Shown: positions 9,771 through 19,241, counted from the stretch's first letter. The stretch: DNA of 64,000 bases from Thermodesulfovibrionales bacterium (GCA_963715195.1 CAVQRT010000003.1:160001-224000), one strand, 5' to 3'. Program-made: numbers and translations. Notes: generated by a model from the letters alone, not told the origin.

Positions 9771-11127
9771 TTAGTGCCCAGTCTTCAATATTTGTTTGTT
9801 TAACCCTGCTCAATGCAAGGGCATAGGGAGGGACATCTCCTGTTATGGTAGAACCAGCCCCGACGATAGCGCCACGGGCAATCGTCACCGGAGCGATAAG
9901 CTGAGAATTGCTTCCTATAAAAACATCATCCTCTATGGAAGTGACATGTTTATGATACCCGTCATAATTACAGGTTATGGTGCCTGCTCCGATATTGACT
10001 CCCCTGCCTATCTGTGCATCTCCGAGATATGAAAGGTGGGATGCTTTGGTATGCGGCCCGATCCATGAATTCTTAACCTCGACAAAATTCCCTATTTTTG
10101 CATGCTCGCCGATTGTGCATCCGGGCCGTATGTGAGCAAAAGGGCCAACGGTTGCGTTCTTTTTGATAACAGACCGTTCGATGAGCGTTGAATCCTTGAT
10201 AATGGCACCATCCTCAATAGTACTGTCCAGGATTCGTGCGTTTGGGAAAATCGAGCACCCCCTGCCGATCTTCGTTGCCCCTTCAATGTGCACATGCGGA
10301 TAGATAATCGTTCCTTTCCCGATAAAACTTTTTGCGGAAATGAATGCCGATGCGGCATCAACAAATTGGACCCCCTGGTTGCGCCATTGCTCAGTGATTC
10401 TCCATTTCATCAGTTGCGCCGCTTGATCGAGTTCCCTCCGCGTATTGATCCCGAGGAACTCATCTTCGGAGTCAGTGTGGAAAGCATCTATCATCATGCC
10501 TTTGTCTCTCGCGATATGCACAATATCAGTCAGATAGTATTCTCCCTTTGCCTTATTTATTTTTATTTCTTTGAGAAGACGGAGGGCTTTCGGCTCCATC
10601 GAGTATACACCGCTGTTAACTTCGCGAATCTGCCGCTGGGCAGCTGTTGCATCCCTGTCTTCCACGATCGACATAACTTTTCCCTGCCCGTCTCTCAGAA
10701 CCCTCCCGTATGAACCCGGATCAGTTGCGGTAAACGACAAAAGAGAGATATCATTTTTTTTCTTCCTGTGTTTCGCCAGGAATTTTCTGATTGTTCCCGC
10801 ACTCAGCAAAGGGGAATCTCCATTGACGACGAGCACAGTCCCGTGAAAGCGCCTGAGAGAAGGAACAGCCTGTAACAGTGCATCTCCTGTCCCCTTTGGT
10901 TCTCTCTGTTCAACATATGACAGCGTACCGGGTCCGTCAATAGACCTTCGTATATGTTCAGACTGCTTCCCGACAACCGTAATGATTTTTTGCGGTTTTA
11001 ATTGTTTCAGGGTATCGATAACGTACTGAAGCAGGGGTCTGCCATGAAGGGTATGAAGCACCTTTGGCAGGGATGAATTCATTCGGGTCCCAAGACCGGC
11101 GGCTAAAACAATGCAGGCCACATTCAT
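9673..11127 (-). CDS. glmU: Bifunctional UDP-GlcNAc pyrophosphorylase/glucosamine-1-P acetyltransferase
   Basis: LAAGLGTRMNSSLPKVLH, GEYYLTD, GPFAHIRP, GNFVEVK, HLSYLGDA, NIGAGTITCNYDG; hexapeptide repeats. Confidence 0.97.
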   Translation of the reverse strand: MNVACIVLAAGLGTRMNSSLPKVLHTLHGRPLLQYVIDTLKQLKPQKIITVVGKQSEHIRRSIDGPGTLSYVEQREPKGTGDALLQAVPSLRRFHGTVLVVNGDSPLLSAGTIRKFLAKHRKKKNDISLLSFTATDPGSYGRVLRDGQGKVMSIVEDRDATAAQRQIREVNSGVYSMEPKALRLLKEIKINKAKGEYYLTDIVHIARDKGMMIDAFHTDSEDEFLGINTRRELDQAAQLMKWRITEQWRNQGVQFVDAASAFISAKSFIGKGTIIYPHVHIEGATKIGRGCSIFPNARILDSTIEDGAIIKDSTLIERSVIKKNATVGPFAHIRPGCTIGEHAKIGNFVEVKNSWIGPHTKASHLSYLGDAQIGRGVNIGAGTITCNYDGYHKHVTSIEDDVFIGSNSQLIAPVTIARGAIVGAGSTITGDVPPYALALSRVKQTNIEDWALRRQKSRQYIVDIRQQKTNTKHQKKDKNKDRGG

Positions 11128-11744
11128 CCTCTCACCTCCGATATCTTCGAGGGCGTAGCGATACCGCCGGAGAGAATAATTTTAATCCCATCCTCTATGG
11201 GGATGTCGGTAAAATAGATGTGTTCATCACGGAATAAAGCAATATCGCCAAAATATATGAGGTTGGTGGGAATATATACTGCTTTCAGATTCGTTTCCCC
11301 TCCGTCACGTTCAGAACTCATAACACACTCTTTGGTAAGGAAACCATATGCATATACACGAGGCCTCGGATATTCAACAATAACGAATTTCTTAAATGAC
11401 GACAGCTTGCTCTCCGGTGAAAAAGCATCGACAAGCTGTTTTACCGAAGTGTATATCCCTTTTAAGAGCGGGATTTTCAGTATCAGCAGTTCAAAATACT
11501 CGATAATCTTCCGGCCGACAACGTTGGTTGATATGATTCCTACGATGAATATGAGCAGAACGGTGGAGATGAAACCGAGGCCATGTACGTGATAACCAAG
11601 AATCCTGTAGTAGAGCGGCTCGAGGAAACCGTCAAGAAAATTAAAAAGCCACCATATAACGAGAAAGGTAATAATGGAGGGTATCAATATGAGAAGGCCG
11701 GCAACGAACCTCCGCTTGAAGGTCGCCCGGATGGAGATTTTCAT
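11124..11744 (-). CDS. DUF502 family membrane protein
   Basis: Two N-terminal TM segments, KIPLLKGIYTSVKQL, VIVEYPR, YIPT, IEDGIKIILSGG. Confidence 0.85.
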   Translation of the reverse strand: MKISIRATFKRRFVAGLLILIPSIITFLVIWWLFNFLDGFLEPLYYRILGYHVHGLGFISTVLLIFIVGIISTNVVGRKIIEYFELLILKIPLLKGIYTSVKQLVDAFSPESKLSSFKKFVIVEYPRPRVYAYGFLTKECVMSSERDGGETNLKAVYIPTNLIYFGDIALFRDEHIYFTDIPIEDGIKIILSGGIATPSKISEVRG

Positions 11745-11745
11745 G

Positions 11746-12501
11746 CTACTTCCCAACTTTTGCCATTACCTCATCTGGCACATCAACGTTTGTGTAGACA
11801 TTCTGGATATCCTCGTGATCTTCGAGGGACTCGGTCAGGCGCATCATCTGCTCGGCGCGCTTTTCATCGATGGTTGCATAATTTTTGGGAAGCATGGTCA
11901 CTTCCGCAAGAGCCACCGCGATAGCGGCATCCTCGATGGCGGTCTTTACGCTCAGAAGATTCTCAGGTGATGTAACAATCTCGAAACTGTCCTCTCTCGG
12001 ATCATTTCTCATGTCCTCTGCACCGGCATCGAGCGCTATAGCCATGAGGGTAATTTCATCGGTCTTTGCCTTCTCGACGAGGATATATCCTTTCTTTTCG
12101 AACATCCATGATACACATCCCACTTCTCCAAGACTTCCGCCGTGTTTTGCCATAATATGGCGTATTTCAGGGGTTGTCCTGTTCTTGTTATCGGTGAGCA
12201 CCTCAAGAAGTATCGCAACTCCTCCGGGGCCGTATCCCTCATACAGGAATTCTTCGTAAGAAACTCCGGGAAGTTCGCCCGTGCCTTTCATGATCGCCCG
12301 CTTGATATTTTCACCGGGCATATTCACTTCTTTTGCTTTTTCAATAGCGGTCCGGAGTCTCGGATTTCCCATGAGATCTCCACCGCCGATACGGGCTGAA
12401 ACAGCGATTTCCTTTACAATCTTCGTAAAGAGCTTCCCCCGTTTGGCGTCTGCGCTCGCTTTTTTATGCTTGATTTGAGCCCACTTGGAATGTCCTGACA
12501 C
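11746..12501 (-). CDS. yebC: YebC/PmpR family protein
   Basis: GTG start at 12501 gives (M)[39 protein letters not shown]. Confidence 0.96.
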   Translation of the reverse strand: MSGHSKWAQIKHKKASADAKRGKLFTKIVKEIAVSARIGGGDLMGNPRLRTAIEKAKEVNMPGENIKRAIMKGTGELPGVSYEEFLYEGYGPGGVAILLEVLTDNKNRTTPEIRHIMAKHGGSLGEVGCVSWMFEKKGYILVEKAKTDEITLMAIALDAGAEDMRNDPREDSFEIVTSPENLLSVKTAIEDAAIAVALAEVTMLPKNYATIDEKRAEQMMRLTESLEDHEDIQNVYTNVDVPDEVMAKVGK

Positions 12502-12552
12502 TGTGCCCCCCTGGGAAGATGCTTCTCCTGTTTTGATCAGGAGTATGTTTTT

Positions 12553-12582
12553 ATGATAATGCGCCGGGAAAGATACTGTCAA
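12553..12582 (-). promoter_or_regulatory. Putative sigma-70 promoter for yebC-DUF502-glmU-glmS
   Basis: TTGACA-18 bp-TATCAT overlapping the upstream gene's stop codon. Confidence 0.5.
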
Positions 12583-13949
12583 GACTCGATGTTATACTCT
12601 TTGATCTTTGTAAGCAGGGTTTTATAGCTCACCTGAAGGAGCTCTGCCGCCCTGCTCTTATTTCCTCGCGTCTCATGAAGCGCACTGAGAATTCGCTTTG
12701 TCTCTGCAGTCCGCAATGCGTCTTTTGCCACAGATTCGAGCGTGCCATCGGCCGGTGCATGAGCTGTAACAGTCCCATGGGAACCCTCTGAGGTGAGAAC
12801 GAAATGTTCAGGGGTAATCATATCGCCGTCACAGAGAATAACCGCCCGTTCTATAGCATTTTCCAGTTCCCTGACATTTCCCTTCCAGTGATATCCCATG
12901 AGCAAGTCAAGTGCTTCCGTCGAGACAATCTTAACGGTCTTCTTCATTTCGATGCAGTATTTTTTGATAAAATATTCAACCAGGAGTGGAATATCTTCCT
13001 TCCTCTCCCTCAGGGGCGGAACCCTCACGGGAAAGACATTCAGCCGGTAAAAGAGATCTTCCCTGAACTTCTTCTCTTCAACCGCCTGCTCGAGGTCTTT
13101 ATTGCTCGCCGCAACAATCCTCACGTCGAGCGTTATGGATGATATCGCTCCGACCCGCTCGATTTCTCCCTCCTCAATCGCCCTCAGGAGCTTTGCCTGT
13201 ATTGAAAGATCCATGTCTCCGATTTCATCAAGGAATATCGTTCCTTTGTCCGCAAGCTCGAACTTGCCCAGTTTTCTCGCGTCCGCACCGGTAAAAGCTC
13301 CTTTTTCATGTCCGAAAAGCTCGGATTCAAGGAGGGTCCTGGGTATCGCAGCACAGTTGATAGGCACAAATGGATAGTCCTTGCGGCTGCTGATGTGGTG
13401 AATCGCCCGCGCAAAGAGTTCCTTACCGGTACCGCTTTCACCGAGGATAAGCACCGTAGTCTTCGTAGGAGCGACCTTCTGAACAAGCTGGGCCACATCA
13501 ATAATCTTACTGCTTTTGCCGATGATCCTCGGCAGGCCGAATTTCGACGAAACCTCTTCCTTCAGCAGGATATTCTCCGTCACAAGACGCTGGTTCTCGA
13601 GTGCCCGTCTTATGAGTATCATAAGGTGATCTGTATCAAATGGTTTAGTGATAAAATCAAAAGCCCCCTCCTTCATTGCCGCCACGGCAGTTTCAACGGA
13701 ACCGAATGCCGTCATGACAATAACCGGCGTAAGATGATTTTCCCCTTTGGATGCTTTCAAAATGTCGATACCGGACTTATCCGGGAGTTTCAGGTCTGTC
13801 AGGACAAGGTCGATCTTGCCGTCTTTCAGATATTTGATGCCTTTTGCTGCATCTTTGGCAGGAATGACCTTGTACCCTTCAGCCTCAAGGGTTTCCTTGA
13901 GCATTGCAGCCATCGATTCTTTATCTTCTACTACAAGGATCGTCTCCAT
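12579..13949 (-). CDS. Sigma-54-dependent NtrC-family response regulator (REC-AAA+-Fis HTH)
   Basis: REC domain (VED, TDLKLP, KP), GESGTGKE, intact [32 protein letters not shown]-terminal HTH. Confidence 0.95.
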   Translation of the reverse strand: METILVVEDKESMAAMLKETLEAEGYKVIPAKDAAKGIKYLKDGKIDLVLTDLKLPDKSGIDILKASKGENHLTPVIVMTAFGSVETAVAAMKEGAFDFITKPFDTDHLMILIRRALENQRLVTENILLKEEVSSKFGLPRIIGKSSKIIDVAQLVQKVAPTKTTVLILGESGTGKELFARAIHHISSRKDYPFVPINCAAIPRTLLESELFGHEKGAFTGADARKLGKFELADKGTIFLDEIGDMDLSIQAKLLRAIEEGEIERVGAISSITLDVRIVAASNKDLEQAVEEKKFREDLFYRLNVFPVRVPPLRERKEDIPLLVEYFIKKYCIEMKKTVKIVSTEALDLLMGYHWKGNVRELENAIERAVILCDGDMITPEHFVLTSEGSHGTVTAHAPADGTLESVAKDALRTAETKRILSALHETRGNKSRAAELLQVSYKTLLTKIKEYNIES

Positions 13950-13955
13950 GAAATA

Positions 13956-14738
13956 TTATACCTTCGCTTCCCTCATCGAATCCCTGCATGCACATTCCCT
14001 TGCAACAGGTATGAGCGGAAACATCTCCTGCAACAGGGTTTTTAGCTGCGCAGCTGCTGTATTCATGCCGCTGATAACTTCAGCGGCCGTCAATTTTTTC
14101 CCGCTCATTCCTGCAGCGACATTGGTGACAACGGCAATTCCTGCGTAGCACAGTTCTGCCTCGCGCGCGAGGGCCGCCTCAGGCATTGCCGTCATCCCAA
14201 CAATATCAGCACCCAGCAGAGAAAATACCTTTATTTCCGCCCTGGTCTCGAGCCTCGGCCCATTCACGCATACATACGTTCCCGTACCATGCAAGGATAT
14301 TCCGGATTTCTTTCCGGCCTCCAGAAGGGCATCCCGCAAAACAGGACAATAGGGTTCAGTGAAATCGATATGGATGACCCCCTCCTCTCCGTGATGGAAT
14401 GTCGCATCCCTTCCACTGGTAAGATCCAAAATTTGGTCTGGAATCACCATGGTACCGGGGGACAGATGGGGACGCATGCCTCCTGTAGCCCCAATTGATA
14501 TGATCCTTTTCGCTCCGAGTTCTTTGAAGCCCCATATGTTTGCCTTATAATTGATCCGGTGTGGTGGAATGTGATGTGCGGAACCATGCCTGGGGAGGAA
14601 AATGACATCCCTCCCTGCAAAATTGCATATCCGGTACTCGTCCGAAGGCGCTCCATAAGGAGTCATAATCCCGCGCACCTCCTGCGGGTGCACTCCTTCC
14701 ATATCATAGAGTCCACTGCCCCCGATAATTCCAATCAT
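13956..14738 (-). CDS. mtnP: Methylthioadenosine/methylthioinosine phosphorylase
   Basis: IGIIGGSG, TPYG, FLPRHG, PPHRINY, HIDFTEPYC, GPRLETRAE, VGMT; start at ATG 14738 with SD GGAG. Confidence 0.9.
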   Translation of the reverse strand: MIGIIGGSGLYDMEGVHPQEVRGIMTPYGAPSDEYRICNFAGRDVIFLPRHGSAHHIPPHRINYKANIWGFKELGAKRIISIGATGGMRPHLSPGTMVIPDQILDLTSGRDATFHHGEEGVIHIDFTEPYCPVLRDALLEAGKKSGISLHGTGTYVCVNGPRLETRAEIKVFSLLGADIVGMTAMPEAALAREAELCYAGIAVVTNVAAGMSGKKLTAAEVISGMNTAAAQLKTLLQEMFPLIPVARECACRDSMREAKV

Positions 14739-14983
14739 GCAACTATCTCCTCTCTCCTTGCACAAGAGCAGAATGTTTCATTCTACCATATTGAATTACG
14801 GTAAATATTTCTACTGTATTAAATAATCCACACACCATGGTCAACAGACAACACAGGATGCCACCTTCATTGCTCCACGTCATTAAAGTAATACTTGAGA
14901 TTTCCACCGATATCGTAAATTTAACGACCATTTTCTTTGTTTTCGGAAAAATGTGTATGACATCCCTTTTCTTCCGGTCATGC

Positions 14984-14999
14984 TGGCACCATACTTGCA
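14984..14999 (+). promoter_or_regulatory. Sigma-54 (-24/-12) promoter upstream of lpxC
   Basis: TGGCAC-CATAC-TTGCA, exact match to TGGCAC-N5-TTGCW, about 50 nt before the lpxC start. Confidence 0.85.
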
Positions 15000-15048
15000 A
15001 TCTATGATACGGCTTCACGCGATTTCACACTATACTTTTTATACAAAA

Positions 15049-15930
15049 ATGATGCGTTTACAAAGAACATTGCAACAGGAAGTGAATTTCGAGGGTATCG
15101 GGCTGCATACCGGCAGGCATTCCAGCGTTTCCCTGAAACCGGCACCCCGGGATACCGGCATTCTCTTCATGAGGAAAGACAAGCATTCGACCATTAAAGC
15201 CTCCGTTGACGCGGTCACCGATACCGCATTCGCCACAACAATCGGCTACAACGGGGCAAAAATCAGGACGGTTGAGCATATTCTCGCTGCACTCGCTGGT
15301 CTCGGCATAGACAACACATTTATCGAGGTAGACGGCCCTGAGATTCCCATCCTTGACGGGAGCTCTATCGGATTGACAGAAATGATTCTGAGCAGCGGGA
15401 TTGCGAAACAGAGCAAGAAAAGGCCATTTTTACGAATTACACATCCAATAGCTCTCTCAGACGGTAATGCCGAGATTGCAGTGCTTCCCTTCGACGGGAG
15501 GAGAATCACGTACAGAATCCAGTTTCATCACCATCTCCTCGGAGAGCAAAATCTGAGCATTGATCTTACGGAAGAGAGCTTTGTCGTGGAGATTGCCCCG
15601 GCCAGAACATTTGGGTTCCTCAAGGATGTTGAATATCTGAAAGCGAATGGCTTCGCACGGGGCGGTTCGTTTGACAATGCCATAATCCTGGGTGACAAAG
15701 GCATTTTAAACTCCACAGTCCTTCGCTTTCAAGATGAATTCGTCCGTCACAAAATCCTTGATCTCATCGGAGACCTGTCATTGTTAGGGGTCCCTATTTA
15801 CGGCCACATTATTGCGAATAAATCCGGCCACACCACGAATCTGAAATTTCTGAAAAAACTCCTCTCACGCCCCGATCACTGGGAACTGGAATCGGAATTC
15901 AGCCAGCAACCGGTTCTCACCTGTACTTAA
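15049..15930 (+). CDS. lpxC: UDP-3-O-acyl-GlcNAc deacetylase
   Basis: QRTL, GIGLHTG, TVEHILAAL, EIPILDGS, EIAPARTFGF, EFVRHKILDLIGDL, SGH; start ATG 15049 or 15052. Confidence 0.97.
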   Translation: MMRLQRTLQQEVNFEGIGLHTGRHSSVSLKPAPRDTGILFMRKDKHSTIKASVDAVTDTAFATTIGYNGAKIRTVEHILAALAGLGIDNTFIEVDGPEIPILDGSSIGLTEMILSSGIAKQSKKRPFLRITHPIALSDGNAEIAVLPFDGRRITYRIQFHHHLLGEQNLSIDLTEESFVVEIAPARTFGFLKDVEYLKANGFARGGSFDNAIILGDKGILNSTVLRFQDEFVRHKILDLIGDLSLLGVPIYGHIIANKSGHTTNLKFLKKLLSRPDHWELESEFSQQPVLTCT

Positions 15931-16007
15931 AATACTGATTTTTCAATAGCTTAGAAAATTAGCTTGAATTTTTCCCCCCGGATGGAGTTTCATATCTGAG
16001 AAGACCG

Positions 16008-16041
16008 CAAAAAGAAGGCTGGAGAATTTCTTCTCCAGCCC
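16008..16041 (-). terminator. Intrinsic terminator after the Lys-rich micro-ORF
   Basis: 10-bp perfect stem GGCTGGAGAA/TTCTCCAGCC (16017-16040), 4-nt loop, followed by U-rich tract on the minus strand. Confidence 0.8.
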
Positions 16042-16072
16042 AAAAAATGTGTGCGTGCGTGCAGATGGAACC

Positions 16073-16156
16073 CTATTTCTTCTTTGCGGTCTTCTTTGGT
16101 GCTTTCTTGGCTGCTTTCTTAGCAACTTTCTTTGTTGCTTTCTTTTTTACTGCCAT
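16073..16156 (-). CDS. 27-aa Lys/Ala-rich histone-H1-like micropeptide MAVKKKATKKVAKKAAKKAPKKTAKKK
   Basis: Not in ORF track. ATG 16156 to TAG 16073, SD-like AAGGGGGTGA upstream, 14 of 27 residues Lys in xxKK repeats, terminator directly downstream. Confidence 0.8.
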   Translation of the reverse strand: MAVKKKATKKVAKKAAKKAPKKTAKKK

Positions 16157-16215
16157 GAACAATCACCCCCTTTCCACCCGCATTTCTGAACTGAGAAATA
16201 CGGGACGCCCTGTGC

Positions 16216-16761
16216 TCAAATTCGTCCGATGAGTGTGATGCGTTTGCCTGAAAGAATCTTTCTCAGGCTGGCATCTCCTTTCTTCTTTTTGAGTCTGTAC
16301 TCCTCTTCATCTATGACTGTACAGTCGATTTTTTGATCAAACCTCTTTTCGAGGTTTTTCAATTCTCGTGCGAGTAATGGCGAGGCACCGATGACAAACA
16401 GATTAACGGCCGACTCGTCATGCCCTTCCGCATAGGGGCCGTGAAGAAAGGCTGCTTTTGCACCTGACGCCCTGAGGACTGCTTTGAGTGCACCGGGGAG
16501 GCCAAGCGATTTGGTAATGAGGTTTTTCAGTTCGGAAAACAGGGGTGATTCCCTATTGGCCTGGAAATATTTGAGGTTGACGATCTTCTCGCTGGTTACG
16601 ATTCCCATCTGTTCAAGCTTGTCAAGTTCCCTCTTGATCCCGGATGGATTCTTTCTGAGCAGTTTCGCGATTTCCCGGATGTAAAACTGTTCATCCGGGC
16701 TGTTGAGGAGCAGGGACAGGAGATCTGCCCGTATCGATGATGAGAATAAACTTTTCAACAT
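16216..16761 (-). CDS. Winged-helix DNA-binding protein fused to a degenerate minimal nucleotidyltransferase domain
   Basis: N-terminal wHTH (LFSS.IR, FYIREIAK, IKRELDKLEQMGIV, KYFQAN); C-terminal AFLHGPYAEG...SAVNLFVIG aligns to the MNT GS...DxD signature but lacks the catalytic residues. Confidence 0.75.
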   Translation of the reverse strand: MLKSLFSSSIRADLLSLLLNSPDEQFYIREIAKLLRKNPSGIKRELDKLEQMGIVTSEKIVNLKYFQANRESPLFSELKNLITKSLGLPGALKAVLRASGAKAAFLHGPYAEGHDESAVNLFVIGASPLLARELKNLEKRFDQKIDCTVIDEEEYRLKKKKGDASLRKILSGKRITLIGRI

Positions 16762-16780
16762 TGCATTTTACCTCTATAGT

Positions 16781-16809
16781 TTTATACACAAGAAAATTCA
16801 TTTTGTCAA
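16781..16809 (-). promoter_or_regulatory. Sigma-70 promoter for the wHTH-MNT/micropeptide unit
   Basis: TTGACA-17 bp-TATAAA with AT-rich upstream tract. Confidence 0.75.
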
Positions 16810-16889
16810 CAAAAAAATTATATTTAGGAACAGATATTGCGTTTTTGTAAACGATCTCATTTTGGAAACAATTGTTCCTGAATTTTGAA

Positions 16890-17741
16890 CTACCGTTTCA
16901 TTCGGAGCATCTTCCGCACCGTGCTCAGATTTCTCAAATCGGCTGCGCCGTCTTTTTTGGGAGTCTCAAGGATGAGGGGGATGGGAATGAACTGCCTGCT
17001 GGTAATAAATTGCCGCAGACCTTTGAAGCCGATCTTCCCGCGTCCAATGTCTTCATGCCTGTCGATGCCTGACCCTTTCTCCCTCTTTGAATCATTCAGA
17101 TGAATGAGTTTCACCCTCTGAAGACCCATATGAGTCTCAATCTCCTCCGCAATCAACCGTATCCCTCTGTCGTCCCTCATGTCATAGCCTGCTGAAAATG
17201 CATGGCAGGTATCAAAACAGACTCCTGAGATCATGTGCCCTTGAACGCCATGGAGAATTTCAGCAAGATCAGAAATCCGTGAGGATATATCCCCCCGTTC
17301 GCCTGCGGTATTTTCGATCAGCAGGCCCGCTTTCCATGTGCCCGCCTCTGCAAGCTGATTCAGTGAAGCAATTGATCTCTTCCGGGAGAGACGATCGTCA
17401 TCTCCCGATGCACTCCCCGGATGCAGTATTACAAATTCCGCGCCCAACGCATCTGCTCTGTCCATCTCAGCACGAAGCAAAGCAATTGATTTCCTCCTGA
17501 GCGCGGCGTCCTTCGATGCCACATTGATCAGATATGATGTGTGGACATACACCGGTGAGATATCGAGTGTCTGCCTCAGTATTTGAAAGTGCGTCCTGTC
17601 TGCTTCAGGGATATCCTTTATTTCCCACCCCCTCGGATTATGAGAAAATATTTGCATGGTATTGCATCCGAGCGCATATGCCCTTTCCAGGCTGCGGGAT
17701 AACCCCCCGGCGATCGACGTGTGTACTCCAAGTCTGCGCAT
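16890..17741 (-). CDS. nfo: Endonuclease IV
   Basis: LGVHTSIAGG, QIFSHNPR, HTSYLIN, LHPGS, IENTAG, CFDTCHAFSAGYD, HLNDSK, DRHEDIG, ILETP. Confidence 0.96.
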   Translation of the reverse strand: MRRLGVHTSIAGGLSRSLERAYALGCNTMQIFSHNPRGWEIKDIPEADRTHFQILRQTLDISPVYVHTSYLINVASKDAALRRKSIALLRAEMDRADALGAEFVILHPGSASGDDDRLSRKRSIASLNQLAEAGTWKAGLLIENTAGERGDISSRISDLAEILHGVQGHMISGVCFDTCHAFSAGYDMRDDRGIRLIAEEIETHMGLQRVKLIHLNDSKREKGSGIDRHEDIGRGKIGFKGLRQFITSRQFIPIPLILETPKKDGAADLRNLSTVRKMLRMKR

Positions 17742-17850
17742 GCGGATACAATTACACAACTTCGGAAATTTTTACAAGAAGCAGCCCTGCGTCCTCTGCA
17801 GTGATCTGCCGGGGCCCCATAAAGGAGGAGGTTTGTGTTAGTATTTTTTC

Positions 17851-18483
17851 ATGATAATCATGAACTTCTCTGGATTCTCTCCGGACAATCTTATGCAGAG
17901 AGCCGTCGACACTCTTCTTTGCGGCGGCATTGTTGCCTATCCAACCGAATCGTTTTATGCCCTCGGCGTCAAGTTCGACGCAGAGAAATCACTCAGGAGA
18001 CTCTATGATATAAAACAGAGACCGCATGAGAAGGCACTGCCGCTGATCATCGGGGAGAGATCACTATTGTATTCATTATCATCTTCCGTAAACAGGACTG
18101 CCTTATCCCTCATGGATAAGTTCTGGCCCGGTCCTCTGACACTGGTTTTTCCTGCTTCGGACAATCTGTCGGTCTATGTTACAGCAGGCACTCATGCTGT
18201 TGCGGTCAGGATTCCTGGTGAATCGTTTGCCCTCCGACTTGCAAAAGTTGCACGATTCCCGTTCACTGCCACCAGTGCCAATATTTCGGGGAAACCGCCG
18301 GCTGTCGATGCGGAGACTGTCACAGCATATTTCAACGCAGAGATTGATCTCATAATTGACGGGGGCAGGACAGCGGGAGGATTGCCTTCAACCATTGTGG
18401 ATGTGACCGCTGAACCGGCACGAATACTCAGACAAGGTGCCGTCAAAAGGGAGAATATGGCAGCCTATATTATGCCTGGATAG
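17851..18483 (+). CDS. tsaC: L-threonylcarbamoyladenylate synthase (YrdC/Sua5 N-terminal domain)
   Basis: AYPTESFYAL, IKQRP, FWPGPLTLV, AVRIP, ATSANISG, PSTIVD, LRQGA. Confidence 0.95.
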   Translation: MIIMNFSGFSPDNLMQRAVDTLLCGGIVAYPTESFYALGVKFDAEKSLRRLYDIKQRPHEKALPLIIGERSLLYSLSSSVNRTALSLMDKFWPGPLTLVFPASDNLSVYVTAGTHAVAVRIPGESFALRLAKVARFPFTATSANISGKPPAVDAETVTAYFNAEIDLIIDGGRTAGGLPSTIVDVTAEPARILRQGAVKRENMAAYIMPG

Positions 18484-18627
18484 ACTGCCATACCTTTCGG
18501 AGGGGAGTATGAGGGATATGTCTTGGATTTATGATATGGATACAAACTGCCAATTGATGTGATCACTATCACTCTCAAAGAAGATTTGTAAAAAAGAGAG
18601 AATCTCTTGGTATTACCGGATTCCGGA

Positions 18628-18849
18628 CTAGGGTTTCCTGGATTCCTTCTTAACTGACGGCTTCCAGCGCAGCAATGAAGCAATCATCACACCGGCGATC
18701 ATGCCGCAGAGCAACGTAAGAAAGATGACGATTGCAAGGGAGGCCTCGAACTGCCAGAAAAGAAACGTTATTACGGCAGGTTCGGCATTCTGGACAGAAA
18801 AAACTGCCGCGAGAACCAAGAGCATCATTAAAAGGACGAGTACCGCCAT
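18628..18849 (-). CDS. LapA/DUF1049 family small membrane protein
   Basis: Two TM segments with FSVQN..P..ITFLFWQFEASLAIVI signature. Confidence 0.8.
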   Translation of the reverse strand: MAVLVLLMMLLVLAAVFSVQNAEPAVITFLFWQFEASLAIVIFLTLLCGMIAGVMIASLLRWKPSVKKESRKP

Positions 18850-18860
18850 GAATGGTGCCC

Positions 18861-19211
18861 TTATGCTTTTCTGGTGCGACTCGCGCGTTTTGGCTCCGAT
18901 TTCTTTACGTGCCTTCCTTCAAGCTTCAAAATCTTCTCCTCGAGCTTCTTGATTCTGGTTATGATGGACTGAATCTTTTTATCAGACGACAGGTATTTGG
19001 ATTTTTGACTGATGGTATATACCCTTCCACCGAGTTCGGATATCTCCCTCTGCACCTTTGTTTTCAGTTCGAGTATCCTGATTCTTCTTTTTCCCTCTTT
19101 GGTCAATTCTTCTGCTTTGGCTTTGGCAACCGTAACGCCTTCCCTGACCTTGACAATGCCTTCTTTGACGCTCTTCTGAATATCTTTTTTTATCATCTCC
19201 CAGAAATCCAT
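18861..19211 (-). CDS. Hypothetical basic coiled-coil protein
   Basis: 116 aa, SD GGAGG, amphipathic helical pattern, co-oriented with the lapA-like gene. Confidence 0.7.
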   Translation of the reverse strand: MDFWEMIKKDIQKSVKEGIVKVREGVTVAKAKAEELTKEGKRRIRILELKTKVQREISELGGRVYTISQKSKYLSSDKKIQSIITRIKKLEEKILKLEGRHVKKSEPKRASRTRKA

Positions 19212-19241
19212 TCACTTTCCTCCGGAAAATATTATTTCAAA

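Noticed and set aside
13308..14045. 245-aa plus-strand ORF
   Set aside because: Antisense to the sigma-54 regulator, no recognisable motifs
16047..16232. 61-aa plus-strand Phe/Ala-rich ORF that looks like a membrane peptide
   Set aside because: It is the reverse complement of the Lys-rich micro-ORF; SD and terminator support the minus strand
18508..18562. Tiny plus-strand ORF (MRDMSWIYDMDTNCQLM) after GGAGGGGAG
   Set aside because: Very short, poor SD spacing for the first ATG, no compositional or motif support
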